A model generated the notes under the pieces. That model did not search any database, was not told the origin of the DNA, and was given only the letters and a program-made list of their open reading frames with translations. The translations under genes and the position numbers were made by a program. A DNA stretch of 38,268 bases from the IMG/VR virus record IMGVR_UViG_3300031924_000084, positions 1-38,268 of that record; one strand, 5' to 3'. The first letter of the stretch is position 1. The number at the start of each line of letters is the position of its first letter. This stretch comes from a virus. Its lineage: Duplodnaviria; Caudoviricetes. This document shows, piece by piece, positions 1 to 8,934 of this stretch.

Positions 1-486
1 ATGTCAAACCTCATGGTCTATCCCGCAGAAATTGCGGAAATGTCGGTCAATCAACTGGCCGCTCTGCCTCACGCCAAACTGGTTGAGGCCACCACCAACC
101 TGGATGACTTGCTCAAGTGGGCCAAGGAAAACCGCCAAAAGCTCGACGCCGCTATGGAGTTGCGTTTTGGTGCCCAAGGTCGCAGTGCATTGCAAGAGTC
201 CGGTCGCGACTTTGGGTCTACCCACTTCAACGACGGTCCGCTCTCTGTGAGCTACGACTTGCCAAAGCGCGTGAGCTGGGATCAGGAAAAGCTCAAAGCC
301 ATCGCTGAGCGCATCGTGGCCGCAGGCGAGCCCCTGTCCGAGTACATCGATGTGGAGTTCTCAGTTTCTGAGAAACGCTTCACCGCATGGCCCACGAACA
401 TGAAAGAGCAGTTCTTGGATGCCCGAACCGTCAAAGGCGGCAAGCCCTCGATCAAGGTCGAGTTCAACGGCGTGGAGGTGCAGTGA
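1..486 (+). CDS. Phage hypothetical protein (replication/recombination module)
   Basis: 161-aa ORF from ATG at window edge; stop overlaps next ATG (TGATG at 484-488). Confidence 0.75.
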   Translation: MSNLMVYPAEIAEMSVNQLAALPHAKLVEATTNLDDLLKWAKENRQKLDAAMELRFGAQGRSALQESGRDFGSTHFNDGPLSVSYDLPKRVSWDQEKLKAIAERIVAAGEPLSEYIDVEFSVSEKRFTAWPTNMKEQFLDARTVKGGKPSIKVEFNGVEVQ

Positions 487-1322
487 TGTCTTTACCCATC
501 ATCTCCGCAGAAGAGCGCCTGCGCGAAAAACACAGCGCCAAGATCTGCTTGGTTGGTATTCCCGGTATCGGTAAAACCAGCCAACTTCACACGCTGCCCG
601 CTAAGTCAACCTTGTTTGTTGACCTCGAGGCTGGTGACCTGTCCGTCAAGTCATGGACCGGGGACACGGTGCGTCCACGCACGTGGCAGGAGTTCCGCGA
701 TCTCGTGGTGTTTCTGGCTGGTCCGATGCCCACGGCTACCAAAGACCAAACCTTCTCACAAGCTCACTTTGATCACGTGTGTGAGAAATACGGCGACCCG
801 ACTCAACTGTCCAAGTACGACTACTACTTCGTTGACAGCTTGACGGTGCTCTCACGCCTTTGCTTTGCATGGTGCAAGACGCAGCCCCAAGCATTCAGCG
901 AGAAAACGGGCAAGCCCGACAGCCGTGGTGCTTATGGACTCTTGGGTCAAGAAATGATTGCCGCGCTCACTCACTTGCAACACGTTCGTGACAAGCACGT
1001 GATCTTCGTTGCCATCTTGGAGGAGAAAACCGACGACATCGGTCGCCGCAGTTTTCAGCTCCAGCTCGAAGGCAGCAAGACAGGACTTGAGTTGCCTGGC
1101 GTGCTTGATGAGGTCATCACCTTGGCCCCGATCAAGGACGAGAACGGTGGCACCTATCGCGCCTTTGTCACTCGAGCAGACAACCCCTACGGCTTTCCAA
1201 GCAAAGACCGTTCGGGTCGCCTCGAAGCACTTGAAGCGCCCGACTTGGGCCAGCTCATCAACAAGTGTCTCAACGTGAGTGTTCAGCCAATTGCGAACCA
1301 AACCAATCAACCCACTGTTTAA
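486..1322 (+). CDS. AAA_24 / Sak4-like P-loop ATPase (phage recombination protein)
   Basis: Walker A GIPGIGKT and Walker B-like YYFVDS; start placed at MSLPII (486) by TGATG coupling; followed by an SSB-like gene, as is typical for Sak4. Confidence 0.8.
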   Translation: MSLPIISAEERLREKHSAKICLVGIPGIGKTSQLHTLPAKSTLFVDLEAGDLSVKSWTGDTVRPRTWQEFRDLVVFLAGPMPTATKDQTFSQAHFDHVCEKYGDPTQLSKYDYYFVDSLTVLSRLCFAWCKTQPQAFSEKTGKPDSRGAYGLLGQEMIAALTHLQHVRDKHVIFVAILEEKTDDIGRRSFQLQLEGSKTGLELPGVLDEVITLAPIKDENGGTYRAFVTRADNPYGFPSKDRSGRLEALEAPDLGQLINKCLNVSVQPIANQTNQPTV

Positions 1323-1331
1323 GGATTCAAG

Positions 1332-1997
1332 ATGAATACGACACACACCGCCGGTTCCAGCTGGAACGACTTCAACGATGCACAGGCACAGCAAAGTGGC
1401 TTTGACCTGATCCCCAAGGGAACAATCGTTCCTGTTCGCATGACCATCAAACCCGGTGGCTTTGATGACTACACCCAAGGCTGGACTGATGGCTATGCCA
1501 CGCAATCCAACGAGACCGGTGCCGTTTACTTAGCCGCTGAGTTTGTGGTTACTGGCGGCCAATACGCCAAACGCAAGATGTGGACAAACATCGGCTTGCA
1601 CTCTGCAAAGGGCCCAGCTTGGGGGCAAATGGGTCGCGGCTTCATTCGTGCGTTGCTCAACAGCGCCCGAAATGTTCACCCGCAGGACAACTCGCCACAA
1701 GCATCCGCCGCCCGTCGCATCAATGGCTTTGTTGACCTCGATGGTGTCGAGTTCCTGGCCCGCGTGGATGTGGAGAAAGACGGTCGAGGCGATGACCGCA
1801 ACATCGTGCGCGTCGCTGTCGAGCCAGACAACAAGGACTACGCCGCCTTCATGGGCGTGCCAAGCAAGGCGTCAACTGGTGGTGGTAACTCAGGTGCGCC
1901 TGCTGCCCCAACTCCGGCCTTTGCAGGTAACGCACAAGCCCCTCAAGCACGACCTTCAGCTCCAGCCGTAGCTGGCAAGCCTAGCTGGGCTCAATAA
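1332..1997 (+). CDS. Phage single-stranded DNA-binding protein-like (DUF669-like)
   Basis: N-terminal FDLIPKG motif, beta-rich core, Gly/Pro/Ala-rich tail ending PSWAQ; directly after Sak4-like gene; AAGGA RBS. Confidence 0.65.
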   Translation: MNTTHTAGSSWNDFNDAQAQQSGFDLIPKGTIVPVRMTIKPGGFDDYTQGWTDGYATQSNETGAVYLAAEFVVTGGQYAKRKMWTNIGLHSAKGPAWGQMGRGFIRALLNSARNVHPQDNSPQASAARRINGFVDLDGVEFLARVDVEKDGRGDDRNIVRVAVEPDNKDYAAFMGVPSKASTGGGNSGAPAAPTPAFAGNAQAPQARPSAPAVAGKPSWAQ

Positions 1998-2009
1998 CGG
2001 ACGGGGAGC

Positions 2010-2513
2010 ATGAAATGTTGGGTCTGCTCACGAGAGGCCAAGGGCTTCTCACACACAGACACCCGGCAGCGGGTGGGTTCGCCCGCCCGCTACCCCATCG
2101 ATTGGGTGTTTTGCTCCCCACGCTGCCAACGTGCCTTTCACGGCATGTATGGCAGCTGGGTCAGAGCTATCGACAACGCAACGCCAGCGGAGGAGTTCAT
2201 GGTTGATGCCACAGAGCTAGAGCTGGAGTGCATGCGCAAGTGTTTGAAGTTCTTCGGTGAAGCAGCGTCCGAGATTGGCTTTGACAAGCCACTTGGCAGC
2301 TACAGCGAGACAGAGGCACTCAGCGTCATTAACGCCATCGTCACGGCATACGTAGAAGCCATGGCGCAGGCACACGAACAAACGAAATATCCACCAGTCC
2401 GCATGACGGGCAAGCCTGTGAGCGACCCCATCAAGGACGCTGCTGCACAAGCGCTTTCAACCAACCCGTTTGCGGACATGGAGGATGACTTACCTTGGGA
2501 GGTGAAGCCATGA
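2010..2513 (+). CDS. Zn-finger phage protein (DUF6511-like)
   Basis: CWVC and FCSPRC cysteine pairs; GGGGAG RBS; acidic FADMEDDLPW near C-terminus. Confidence 0.65.
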   Translation: MKCWVCSREAKGFSHTDTRQRVGSPARYPIDWVFCSPRCQRAFHGMYGSWVRAIDNATPAEEFMVDATELELECMRKCLKFFGEAASEIGFDKPLGSYSETEALSVINAIVTAYVEAMAQAHEQTKYPPVRMTGKPVSDPIKDAAAQALSTNPFADMEDDLPWEVKP

Positions 2514-3244
2514 TGGACTTCAACTCAAACGCAAGCGTGAGCGGACAGATCGAGTGGTTGATCGATCACGCCATGCAAAAACGAAATGAAGAGATAACGC
2601 CACGAACCTACCTAGGTGGGTCAAGGCTTGGAGCATCCTGTGAGCGACAGCTCCAGTATGAGTACGTCAAAGCACCGCTTGATCAGGGCAAAGGCTTCTC
2701 AGGTCGGATCCTGCGAGTCTTTGAGCGCGGTCACCAAACTGAGGACATGGTCATCGGGTGGCTGCGTCTTGCAGGCTTTGATCTCAAAACGCACAAGAGC
2801 GATGGCCACCAGTTTGGCTTTTCACTTGCGCAGGGGCGGCTTCGCGGTCACATCGATGGCATCTTGCTTGGAGGCCCCGAGGGCTTTGCATACCCAGCGC
2901 TTTGGGAAAACAAGTGCTTGAGCGCCAAGTCATGGAAGGACCTGGTCAAGAACAAGCTCGCAGTTTCTAAGCCCGTCTATGCCGCTCAGGTGGCGGTGTA
3001 TCAGAGCTATCTCAACTTGTACGAAAACCCTGCGCTCTTCACGGCAGTCAATGCCGACACGATGGAGATCTATGCTGAGTTGGTTCCCTTTGACGCGCAG
3101 CTGGCGCAACGTATGTCGGACCGTGCCGCACGCATTCTCAAAGCCACAGAGGTGGGCGAGTTACTGCCACGCGCATTCTTGGAGCAAACGTACTTTGAGT
3201 GCAAGTTCTGCTCATGGTCTGACCGTTGCTGGGGAGGTGCGTGA
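2510..3244 (+). CDS. Cas4-like / PD-(D/E)XK exonuclease with probable Fe-S cluster
   Basis: GHIDG...WENK nuclease motifs, Q-x3-Y motif, N-terminal Cys (ASCER) plus C-terminal CKFC-x5-C; ATGA overlap with the upstream gene. Confidence 0.8.
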   Translation: MMDFNSNASVSGQIEWLIDHAMQKRNEEITPRTYLGGSRLGASCERQLQYEYVKAPLDQGKGFSGRILRVFERGHQTEDMVIGWLRLAGFDLKTHKSDGHQFGFSLAQGRLRGHIDGILLGGPEGFAYPALWENKCLSAKSWKDLVKNKLAVSKPVYAAQVAVYQSYLNLYENPALFTAVNADTMEIYAELVPFDAQLAQRMSDRAARILKATEVGELLPRAFLEQTYFECKFCSWSDRCWGGA

Positions 3245-3585
3245 TGAACATTGATCCCAGAAAACTGCACAAGCCCGCAGAGCCGCTGGTAAAGATCTCA
3301 ACAATCTTTCGGATGTTCACTCGCCAGGCACAACCCCAGTGTCCGGAGTCCAACTTGGTGGTTGGTGTCATTTGCCAAGCCATCTACGACTGCCTTCATG
3401 CCACGCATGTGGAGAAGTGCCGCGCATGGAATTTCCTGCAAGACCAGCGTCTAGAAATCTGGGCCAGCACGATCAGTTTGGATGCGAACTTCATTCGTGA
3501 TGTGGCTCTCAAAACGGGCTACATGAGCCAAGTCGCTCCCGCGCAGGCCATCAAGAAATACAAAAAGGGAGGACAGAGTGCTTGA
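3244..3585 (+). CDS. Phage hypothetical protein
   Basis: 113-aa ORF coupled by TGATG upstream and overlapping the primase start; GGAGG upstream. Confidence 0.65.
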   Translation: MNIDPRKLHKPAEPLVKISTIFRMFTRQAQPQCPESNLVVGVICQAIYDCLHATHVEKCRAWNFLQDQRLEIWASTISLDANFIRDVALKTGYMSQVAPAQAIKKYKKGGQSA

Positions 3586-5914
3586 CTTCAATGAGCAAGG
3601 GAGTAGCCCTGAGCGAAGAGCTCAGGGGGATGCCGATCAGATGCGTGACCGCGTGCGTGTCGCGTTAATCGACAACGTCGAGAGTGTGCTGATGCACTTG
3701 CTTCCCGCAGGTGTGATCAAGCGCAATTGCTTCTACGTTGGAAACATCTACGGTGCGGCAGGCGACAGTCTTGAGGTTGTTCTGACGGGGCCTAAAACCG
3801 GACTATGGACAGACAGAGCTGAGGGCACAGGCGGGGACCTTTTTCATCTGATTGCGGGTAACCGGAATTTGGACATCAAGAACGAGTTCGCTCGTGTGCT
3901 CGAGGTTGCTCAAGACATTCTTGGGATGCCAAAGGTTGATGTGCCCAAAGCAAAGCCTAAGAAATTAGGTCCAGCCGTGGACGAGCTCGGTGCGCCCACT
4001 GCCAAGTGGGAGTATCAAGACGCCTCAGGCAAGCTCATTGCTGTGGTGACACGCTATGAGCCAGAGCCAGGCAAAAAGGAGTTCCGTCCATGGGATGTCA
4101 AAAAGCGTCGCATGGCTCCACCAACTCCCAGGCCGCTTTACAACCAACCAGGCATGCTTGGCTCAGAGACTGTCATCTTGGTCGAGGGCGAGAAGTGTGC
4201 TCAAGCCTTGATTGATGCCGGGTATTGCGCAACCACAGCCATGCAAGGGGCAAACGCGCCTGTGGATAAAACAGACTGGCAGCCACTCGAAGGTAAAGCC
4301 GTTCTGATTTGGCCAGATAAAGACGCGCCTGGTTGGAGCTACGCCGAAGCGGCTGCAAAGGCAGCCTTGGAAGCAGGCGCTCGTTCATGCGACATCTTGA
4401 TCCCGCCAGACTACAAGCCCACAGGGTGGGACGCAGCAGATGCGTTTGCAGAGCTTCAACCGCAAGGCGATGAAGAGGTTGCATTTGATGTGGATGGATT
4501 CATCCTCACAGGCCACCGTCTACCCATTGCCAAGGACCCAGACCCATCTGAGGTGGACACCTCATCTGTTGACTTGGTCGACGGCGTGAACTGGAGCACA
4601 GAGGACGGTCTGGCGATCGCATTCACCAATCGCTACGGCATCGACCTGCGCTACTGCGCTCAGTTGGGCAAGTGGTTCTGGTGGAACGGCAAACGCTGGA
4701 TCGAGGACAAGATGCTCTACGTGCAGCACCTCTCGCGAGGCATCTGCCGTGCTGCATCGCGCAAAGCTGATACGCCAAAACTCAAGTCAAAGCTTGCAAG
4801 TGCATCCACGATTGGCTCGGTCGAACGAATCATTCGCTCAGACCCCAAGCATGCGGCAAACATCGATGAGTGGGATCCAGACCCATGGCAGCTCAATACG
4901 CCAGAAGGTGTCATCGAGTTGAAGACTGGCTTGCTTCGTCCCCACCAACGCATTGACCGCATGACCAAGATCACGACCGCAAGCCCTAAGGGCGAGTGTG
5001 CTCAGTGGCTTGCGTTCCTTGAGCAAATTTCAGGTGGTGACAAAGAGCTCTTGGGCTATTTGCAGCGCATGGCTGGGTATTGTTTGACGGGGCTGACCAC
5101 AGAGCACGCTTTGCTGTTTTTGTATGGCACAGGTGGCAACGGCAAGTCTGTCTTCGTCAACACCCTGTTCACCATCATGGGGGACTACGCCGCCAATGCG
5201 CCTATGGAAACTTTCATGGAATCGCGCAACGACCGTCACCCAACGGACTTGGCTGGATTGATGGGTTCACGCCTTGTGACTGCCACAGAGACCGAGCAAG
5301 GACGACGCTGGAATGAATCCAAGATCAAGGAGATCACAGGGGGAGACCGTGTCTCTGCTCGCTTCATGCGCCAGGACTTCTTCACCTATGTGCCCGCCTA
5401 CAAGATTGTGATCTCGGGCAACCATAAGCCTGCTATTCGCAACATCGATGAAGCGATCAAGAGGCGCATGCACTTGATCCCCTTCACCTTAACCATCCCA
5501 CCCGAAAAACGTGACCACATGCTTCAGAGCAAGTTGCTCAAAGAGCGCGATGGGATCTTGGCTTGGGCTGTTCAGGGCTGCCTCATGTGGCAGCGCGAAG
5601 GCTTGCGTCAACCCACCTCCGTTACTTCAGCGACCAACGAGTACTTCGAGTCTGAAGACGTGATGGGTCGATGGATTGAAGAGCGGTGTTTCTTGGTGAG
5701 CAACGCCAAGTCGCTGACCTTTGAGCTCTACAACGACTGGAAGCAATGGGCAGAAACGAACGGTGAGTACCAAGGGTCACAGCGTCGCTTTTCAGACCTT
5801 TTGATTTCAAAAGGGGTGGAGCGATGGCGTAACTCAAGTGGTGTTCGCGGCTTCCAAGGCATCGGTTTGAAGCAAGGCACACCCGTTCGCTTCACACCTC
5901 ACGAGGTCGATTGA
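3578..5914 (+). CDS. P4-family phage/plasmid primase-helicase (TOPRIM + D5-like SF3 helicase)
   Basis: TOPRIM motifs LVEGEKCA and WPDKD; Walker A LYGTGGNGKS; ARFMRQDFF and GNHKP SF3 motifs; GTG start with GGAGG RBS. Confidence 0.92.
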   Translation: MLDFNEQGSSPERRAQGDADQMRDRVRVALIDNVESVLMHLLPAGVIKRNCFYVGNIYGAAGDSLEVVLTGPKTGLWTDRAEGTGGDLFHLIAGNRNLDIKNEFARVLEVAQDILGMPKVDVPKAKPKKLGPAVDELGAPTAKWEYQDASGKLIAVVTRYEPEPGKKEFRPWDVKKRRMAPPTPRPLYNQPGMLGSETVILVEGEKCAQALIDAGYCATTAMQGANAPVDKTDWQPLEGKAVLIWPDKDAPGWSYAEAAAKAALEAGARSCDILIPPDYKPTGWDAADAFAELQPQGDEEVAFDVDGFILTGHRLPIAKDPDPSEVDTSSVDLVDGVNWSTEDGLAIAFTNRYGIDLRYCAQLGKWFWWNGKRWIEDKMLYVQHLSRGICRAASRKADTPKLKSKLASASTIGSVERIIRSDPKHAANIDEWDPDPWQLNTPEGVIELKTGLLRPHQRIDRMTKITTASPKGECAQWLAFLEQISGGDKELLGYLQRMAGYCLTGLTTEHALLFLYGTGGNGKSVFVNTLFTIMGDYAANAPMETFMESRNDRHPTDLAGLMGSRLVTATETEQGRRWNESKIKEITGGDRVSARFMRQDFFTYVPAYKIVISGNHKPAIRNIDEAIKRRMHLIPFTLTIPPEKRDHMLQSKLLKERDGILAWAVQGCLMWQREGLRQPTSVTSATNEYFESEDVMGRWIEERCFLVSNAKSLTFELYNDWKQWAETNGEYQGSQRRFSDLLISKGVERWRNSSGVRGFQGIGLKQGTPVRFTPHEVD

Positions 5915-5956
5915 GACCAAAAAGAAATCAAAAAGGATTCACTTTCAAACACACGA

Positions 5957-6062
5957 CTGACGCATGACGCAGCTCGACGCTGTTTTTCTATTATCGGAGT
6001 CTCACGCGTACGCGTAATAGAGGGAATATAGAAAACAACGTCGATATGTGTCAGTGCGTCAG
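5957..6062. repeat. 35-bp imperfect inverted repeat around a central 12-bp palindrome; candidate phage replication origin
   Basis: Left arm CTGACGCATGACGCAGCTCGACGCTGTTTTTCTAT (5957-5991) pairs with right arm ATAGAAAACAACGTCGATATGTGTCAGTGCGTCAG (6028-6062); ACGCGTACGCGT (6004-6015) sits exactly on the axis. Origin role inferred from position after the primase-helicase. Confidence 0.7.
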
Positions 6063-6075
6063 AGCAAGGACGACT

Positions 6076-6549
6076 ATGACACTCAAGACGATTTTGGCCC
6101 TTGATTTGGGCACGACGACAGGATGGGCACTTCGCGATCAAGCGGGGAGCATTACGCACGGATTTGTGAGTTTCAAGCCGCAACGGTTTGAAGGTGGTGG
6201 GATGCGCTTTCTGCGCTTCAAACGCTGGCTCACGGAAATCAAAGCAACCAATGAGCATGGCATCGATGCCGTGTACTTAGAAGAGGTGCGTAGACACCTT
6301 GGTGTTGATGCTGCGCATGTCTACGGCGGACTCATGGCCACTCTCACCAGTTGGTGTGAGCACCACCAAATCCCATACGAGGGTGTGCCTGTTGGAACGA
6401 TCAAGCGACACATCAGCGGCAAAGGCAATGCATCCAAGGATGAGGTGATCAAGGCGGTGGGTGAGCTCGGGTTTCATGTCAGCGATGACAACGAAGCCGA
6501 CGCCATTGCGTTGTTGAACCTTGCCATTCAAAACAACGAGGAGATGTGA
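6076..6549 (+). CDS. RuvC-like Holliday junction resolvase (phage type)
   Basis: ILALDLGTTTGWA N-terminal motif, YLEE, GKGNASK, DDNEADAIAL C-terminal motif; AAGGA RBS before ATG 6076. Confidence 0.8.
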   Translation: MTLKTILALDLGTTTGWALRDQAGSITHGFVSFKPQRFEGGGMRFLRFKRWLTEIKATNEHGIDAVYLEEVRRHLGVDAAHVYGGLMATLTSWCEHHQIPYEGVPVGTIKRHISGKGNASKDEVIKAVGELGFHVSDDNEADAIALLNLAIQNNEEM

Positions 6550-6550
6550 G

Positions 6551-6766
6551 ATGAAGTTCCCGCACGTTCGTTACCCATCTCCACTCGGTCGCGCTCAACC
6601 CATCCCGATGGACATTGAGCGCACCAAGCGCGAAGGCTGGCAAAACAACCACTTGCTCGTGATCGCTGCAAACGATCAAAGGCTCGATTTCTTAGAACAA
6701 CAACTCATTGAGCGCATAGGCAACAGGCTGTATGGGATAAAAAACAAAGGGGGAAAAATTGGATGA
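6551..6766 (+). CDS. Small phage hypothetical protein
   Basis: 71-aa ORF starting 1 nt after the upstream stop, GAGGAG RBS; overlaps next gene. Confidence 0.65.
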   Translation: MKFPHVRYPSPLGRAQPIPMDIERTKREGWQNNHLLVIAANDQRLDFLEQQLIERIGNRLYGIKNKGGKIG

Positions 6767-7133
6767 GCACACGATCGAGAGCGTTGGCGAGCGCTTTCGC
6801 CAAGCAGCACGCACGGCCTACCGACTGCCAGCAGTCAAGGTACAAGGCTATGTGAGCTACTGGCCTGAGATGAAAAACACAGGCACTGAGCGCAGCGCAG
6901 TCGAAGAGCGTCGCTACATCAAGTTTCCACCGTCACCCGCTGAGGTCGACGAGATGCTTGAGGTCATGCGCTGGATTCAATGCCTTGAGGTTGAACAACG
7001 AAAGCTCGTATGGATGCGAGCCAGACGCTATGGGTGGCGCGACATTGGTCAACGCTTTGGCTGTTGCTCCCGAACAGCGCAGCGGCACTGGCAGTACGCA
7101 ATTCTGCAGGTGATCAACCAAATCAAAACGTGA
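6759..7133 (+). CDS. Putative late transcription regulator (DUF6362-like, C-terminal HTH)
   Basis: TTG start; WRDIGQRFGCCSRTAQRHW resembles a sigma-region-4/Q-like HTH; last early gene before the late region. Confidence 0.6.
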   Translation: MDEHTIESVGERFRQAARTAYRLPAVKVQGYVSYWPEMKNTGTERSAVEERRYIKFPPSPAEVDEMLEVMRWIQCLEVEQRKLVWMRARRYGWRDIGQRFGCCSRTAQRHWQYAILQVINQIKT

Positions 7134-7143
7134 AGGGGGAAGA

Positions 7144-7195
7144 GTTGGAATGTTGCCCAAATGGGATGTTGGCAATTTTGGGCAATATTTCCAAC
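7144..7195. repeat. 18/19-bp inverted repeat (hairpin or operator) after the regulator
   Basis: GTTGGAATGTTGCCCAAA (7144-7161) vs TTTGGGCAATATTTCCAAC (7177-7195). Confidence 0.6.
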
Positions 7196-7315
7196 GACTT
7201 CAGGGGAGTGCTTATTAGGTTACGGCGAGTGAGGAAAACGGCGCAAAAAAGGGTGTCGCATTTCGATCTGAAATCAGATAAATTCTCGATACCTTGGGAA
7301 TCAAAGCAACTTGAT

Positions 7316-7531
7316 TCAGCGAATCACAACAAGGTCTTGTTTCACGAACTCTTCGAGCTTGTCCACATGGATGTAGCCCGTCACTTCGGCAGAAACGATC
7401 ACAGCCAGGTAGCTGTGTTCTGCGGGGCCTGAAACCTCATAAGTCCCCGGATGCAGGGGAATAAACCCTTCGTCTTTGAAGTCCTTGCCCAACTTGCGTG
7501 CAAGAACGCCAACTTTCACTTCGATATTCAT
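7316..7531 (-). CDS. Small hypothetical protein (moron-like, opposite strand)
   Basis: 71-aa ORF MNIEVKVG... fills the gap between regulator and MTase without overlap; purine-rich AAGAAAGAGAG upstream of ATG. Confidence 0.55.
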   Translation of the reverse strand: MNIEVKVGVLARKLGKDFKDEGFIPLHPGTYEVSGPAEHSYLAVIVSAEVTGYIHVDKLEEFVKQDLVVIR

Positions 7532-7569
7532 CTGACTCTCTTTCTTGAGGGTCAATTGTAGGAACTCGC

Positions 7570-8817
7570 ATGAGCAACTCACAAATTCGCCCAGAGGTGC
7601 GTATGACCCCTGTGGATAACTTGATCCCCTATGCCCGTAATGCACGGACCCACAGCGAGGAACAAGTGGCACAAATTGCCGCATCCATTTCCGAGTTTGG
7701 CTTTAACAACCCCATCCTCACAGACGGGGAGCACGGTTTGATTGCAGGCCATGGACGCCTTGCTGCGGCACGCAAGCTTGGTCTCAAGGAGGTTCCAGTC
7801 ATCGAGCTCGCTCACCTGAGTGAGACCCAAAAGAAGGCATACATCCTTGCCGACAACCGCATTGCCTTGAATGCAGGTTGGGATGACGGATTACTCACGC
7901 TGGAGTTGCAAGAGCTCCAAGGTGCACAGGTTGACCTTGGTCTTTTGGGCTTTGGCGATGAAGAACTCGAGCGACTGCTCAATGGAGAGGCTGGCGGTGG
8001 TTTGACCGAAGATGACGCAGTCCCAGAACCACCCGTGGAACCTGTATCCAAACCTGGTGACCTGTGGATTCTCGGCAACCACCGCCTCCTGTGTGGCGAC
8101 TCAACCATGCTCACAGATGTAGAGAAGCTCATGGATGGCCAGCTTGCTGACATGGCATTCACCGATCCACCCTACAACGTGGACTATGGCAACAGTGCCA
8201 AAGACAAGATGCGCGGTAAGGATCGTCGCATCATGAACGATGCGTTGGGCGATGGTTTCTATCAATTTCTCTACGACGCTTGCTTGAACTTGCTCGTTGT
8301 GACGAAGGGCGCGTGCTACGTATGCATGAGTTCCTCAGAATTGCACACGCTCCAAAAGGCATGGATTGATGCTGGTGGCAAATGGTCCACGTTCATCATC
8401 TGGGCCAAGAACACTTTCACACTTGGTCGTTCGGACTACCAACGCCAATACGAGCCCATCCTCTATGGCTGGAAGCAGGGAACGGATCACTTCTGGTGCG
8501 GTGACCGCGATCAGTCAGACATCTGGAACTACAACAAGCCCCGAGTCAACGACTTGCATCCCACGATGAAGCCAGTTGAGCTGGTGGAGCGAGCCATTCA
8601 AAACTCATCTAAGAGCCGAGACATCGTGCTCGATCTCTTTGGCGGATCAGGCACAACGTTGATCGCTTGCGAGAAAACGAATCGTCAGGCCCGACTGATT
8701 GAGTTGGATCCGAAGTTTGTCGACGTCATCGTCAAACGCTGGGAGGAGTACACGGGCGAAAAGGCGGTTCTCTCTAACCGGGAGCTGGATGCCCTTGTAG
8801 AGCCAGAAGCTGCTTAG
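7570..8817 (+). CDS. ParB-like N-terminal domain fused to N6-adenine/N4-cytosine DNA methyltransferase
   Basis: N-terminal LIPYARNARTH...IAGHGRLAAA (ParB-like); catalytic DPPY; HPTMKP; SAM-binding DLFGGSGTT (beta-class order). Confidence 0.9.
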   Translation: MSNSQIRPEVRMTPVDNLIPYARNARTHSEEQVAQIAASISEFGFNNPILTDGEHGLIAGHGRLAAARKLGLKEVPVIELAHLSETQKKAYILADNRIALNAGWDDGLLTLELQELQGAQVDLGLLGFGDEELERLLNGEAGGGLTEDDAVPEPPVEPVSKPGDLWILGNHRLLCGDSTMLTDVEKLMDGQLADMAFTDPPYNVDYGNSAKDKMRGKDRRIMNDALGDGFYQFLYDACLNLLVVTKGACYVCMSSSELHTLQKAWIDAGGKWSTFIIWAKNTFTLGRSDYQRQYEPILYGWKQGTDHFWCGDRDQSDIWNYNKPRVNDLHPTMKPVELVERAIQNSSKSRDIVLDLFGGSGTTLIACEKTNRQARLIELDPKFVDVIVKRWEEYTGEKAVLSNRELDALVEPEAA

Positions 8818-8934
8818 CAGATAACTGATCGGTTTTGCAGCCAAAAGACTCAGAAGAATCCCTGCTGTATCCGTCCTCAAATTGAGGGGTTTTGGCGTGA
8901 GAATCTCACCTCGCTCAAACAAAAGGAGAAACGA

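Noticed and set aside
852-1505. 217-aa minus-strand ORF
   Set aside because: Antisense shadow of two well-supported plus-strand genes; no motifs.
2510-3244. CRISPR-Cas locus suggested by the Cas4-like gene
   Set aside because: No repeat-spacer array or other cas genes; the context is phage recombination.
5899-6258. 119-aa minus-strand ORF across the primase-resolvase spacer
   Set aside because: Overlaps the RuvC-like gene and the inverted-repeat element, which explain the region better.
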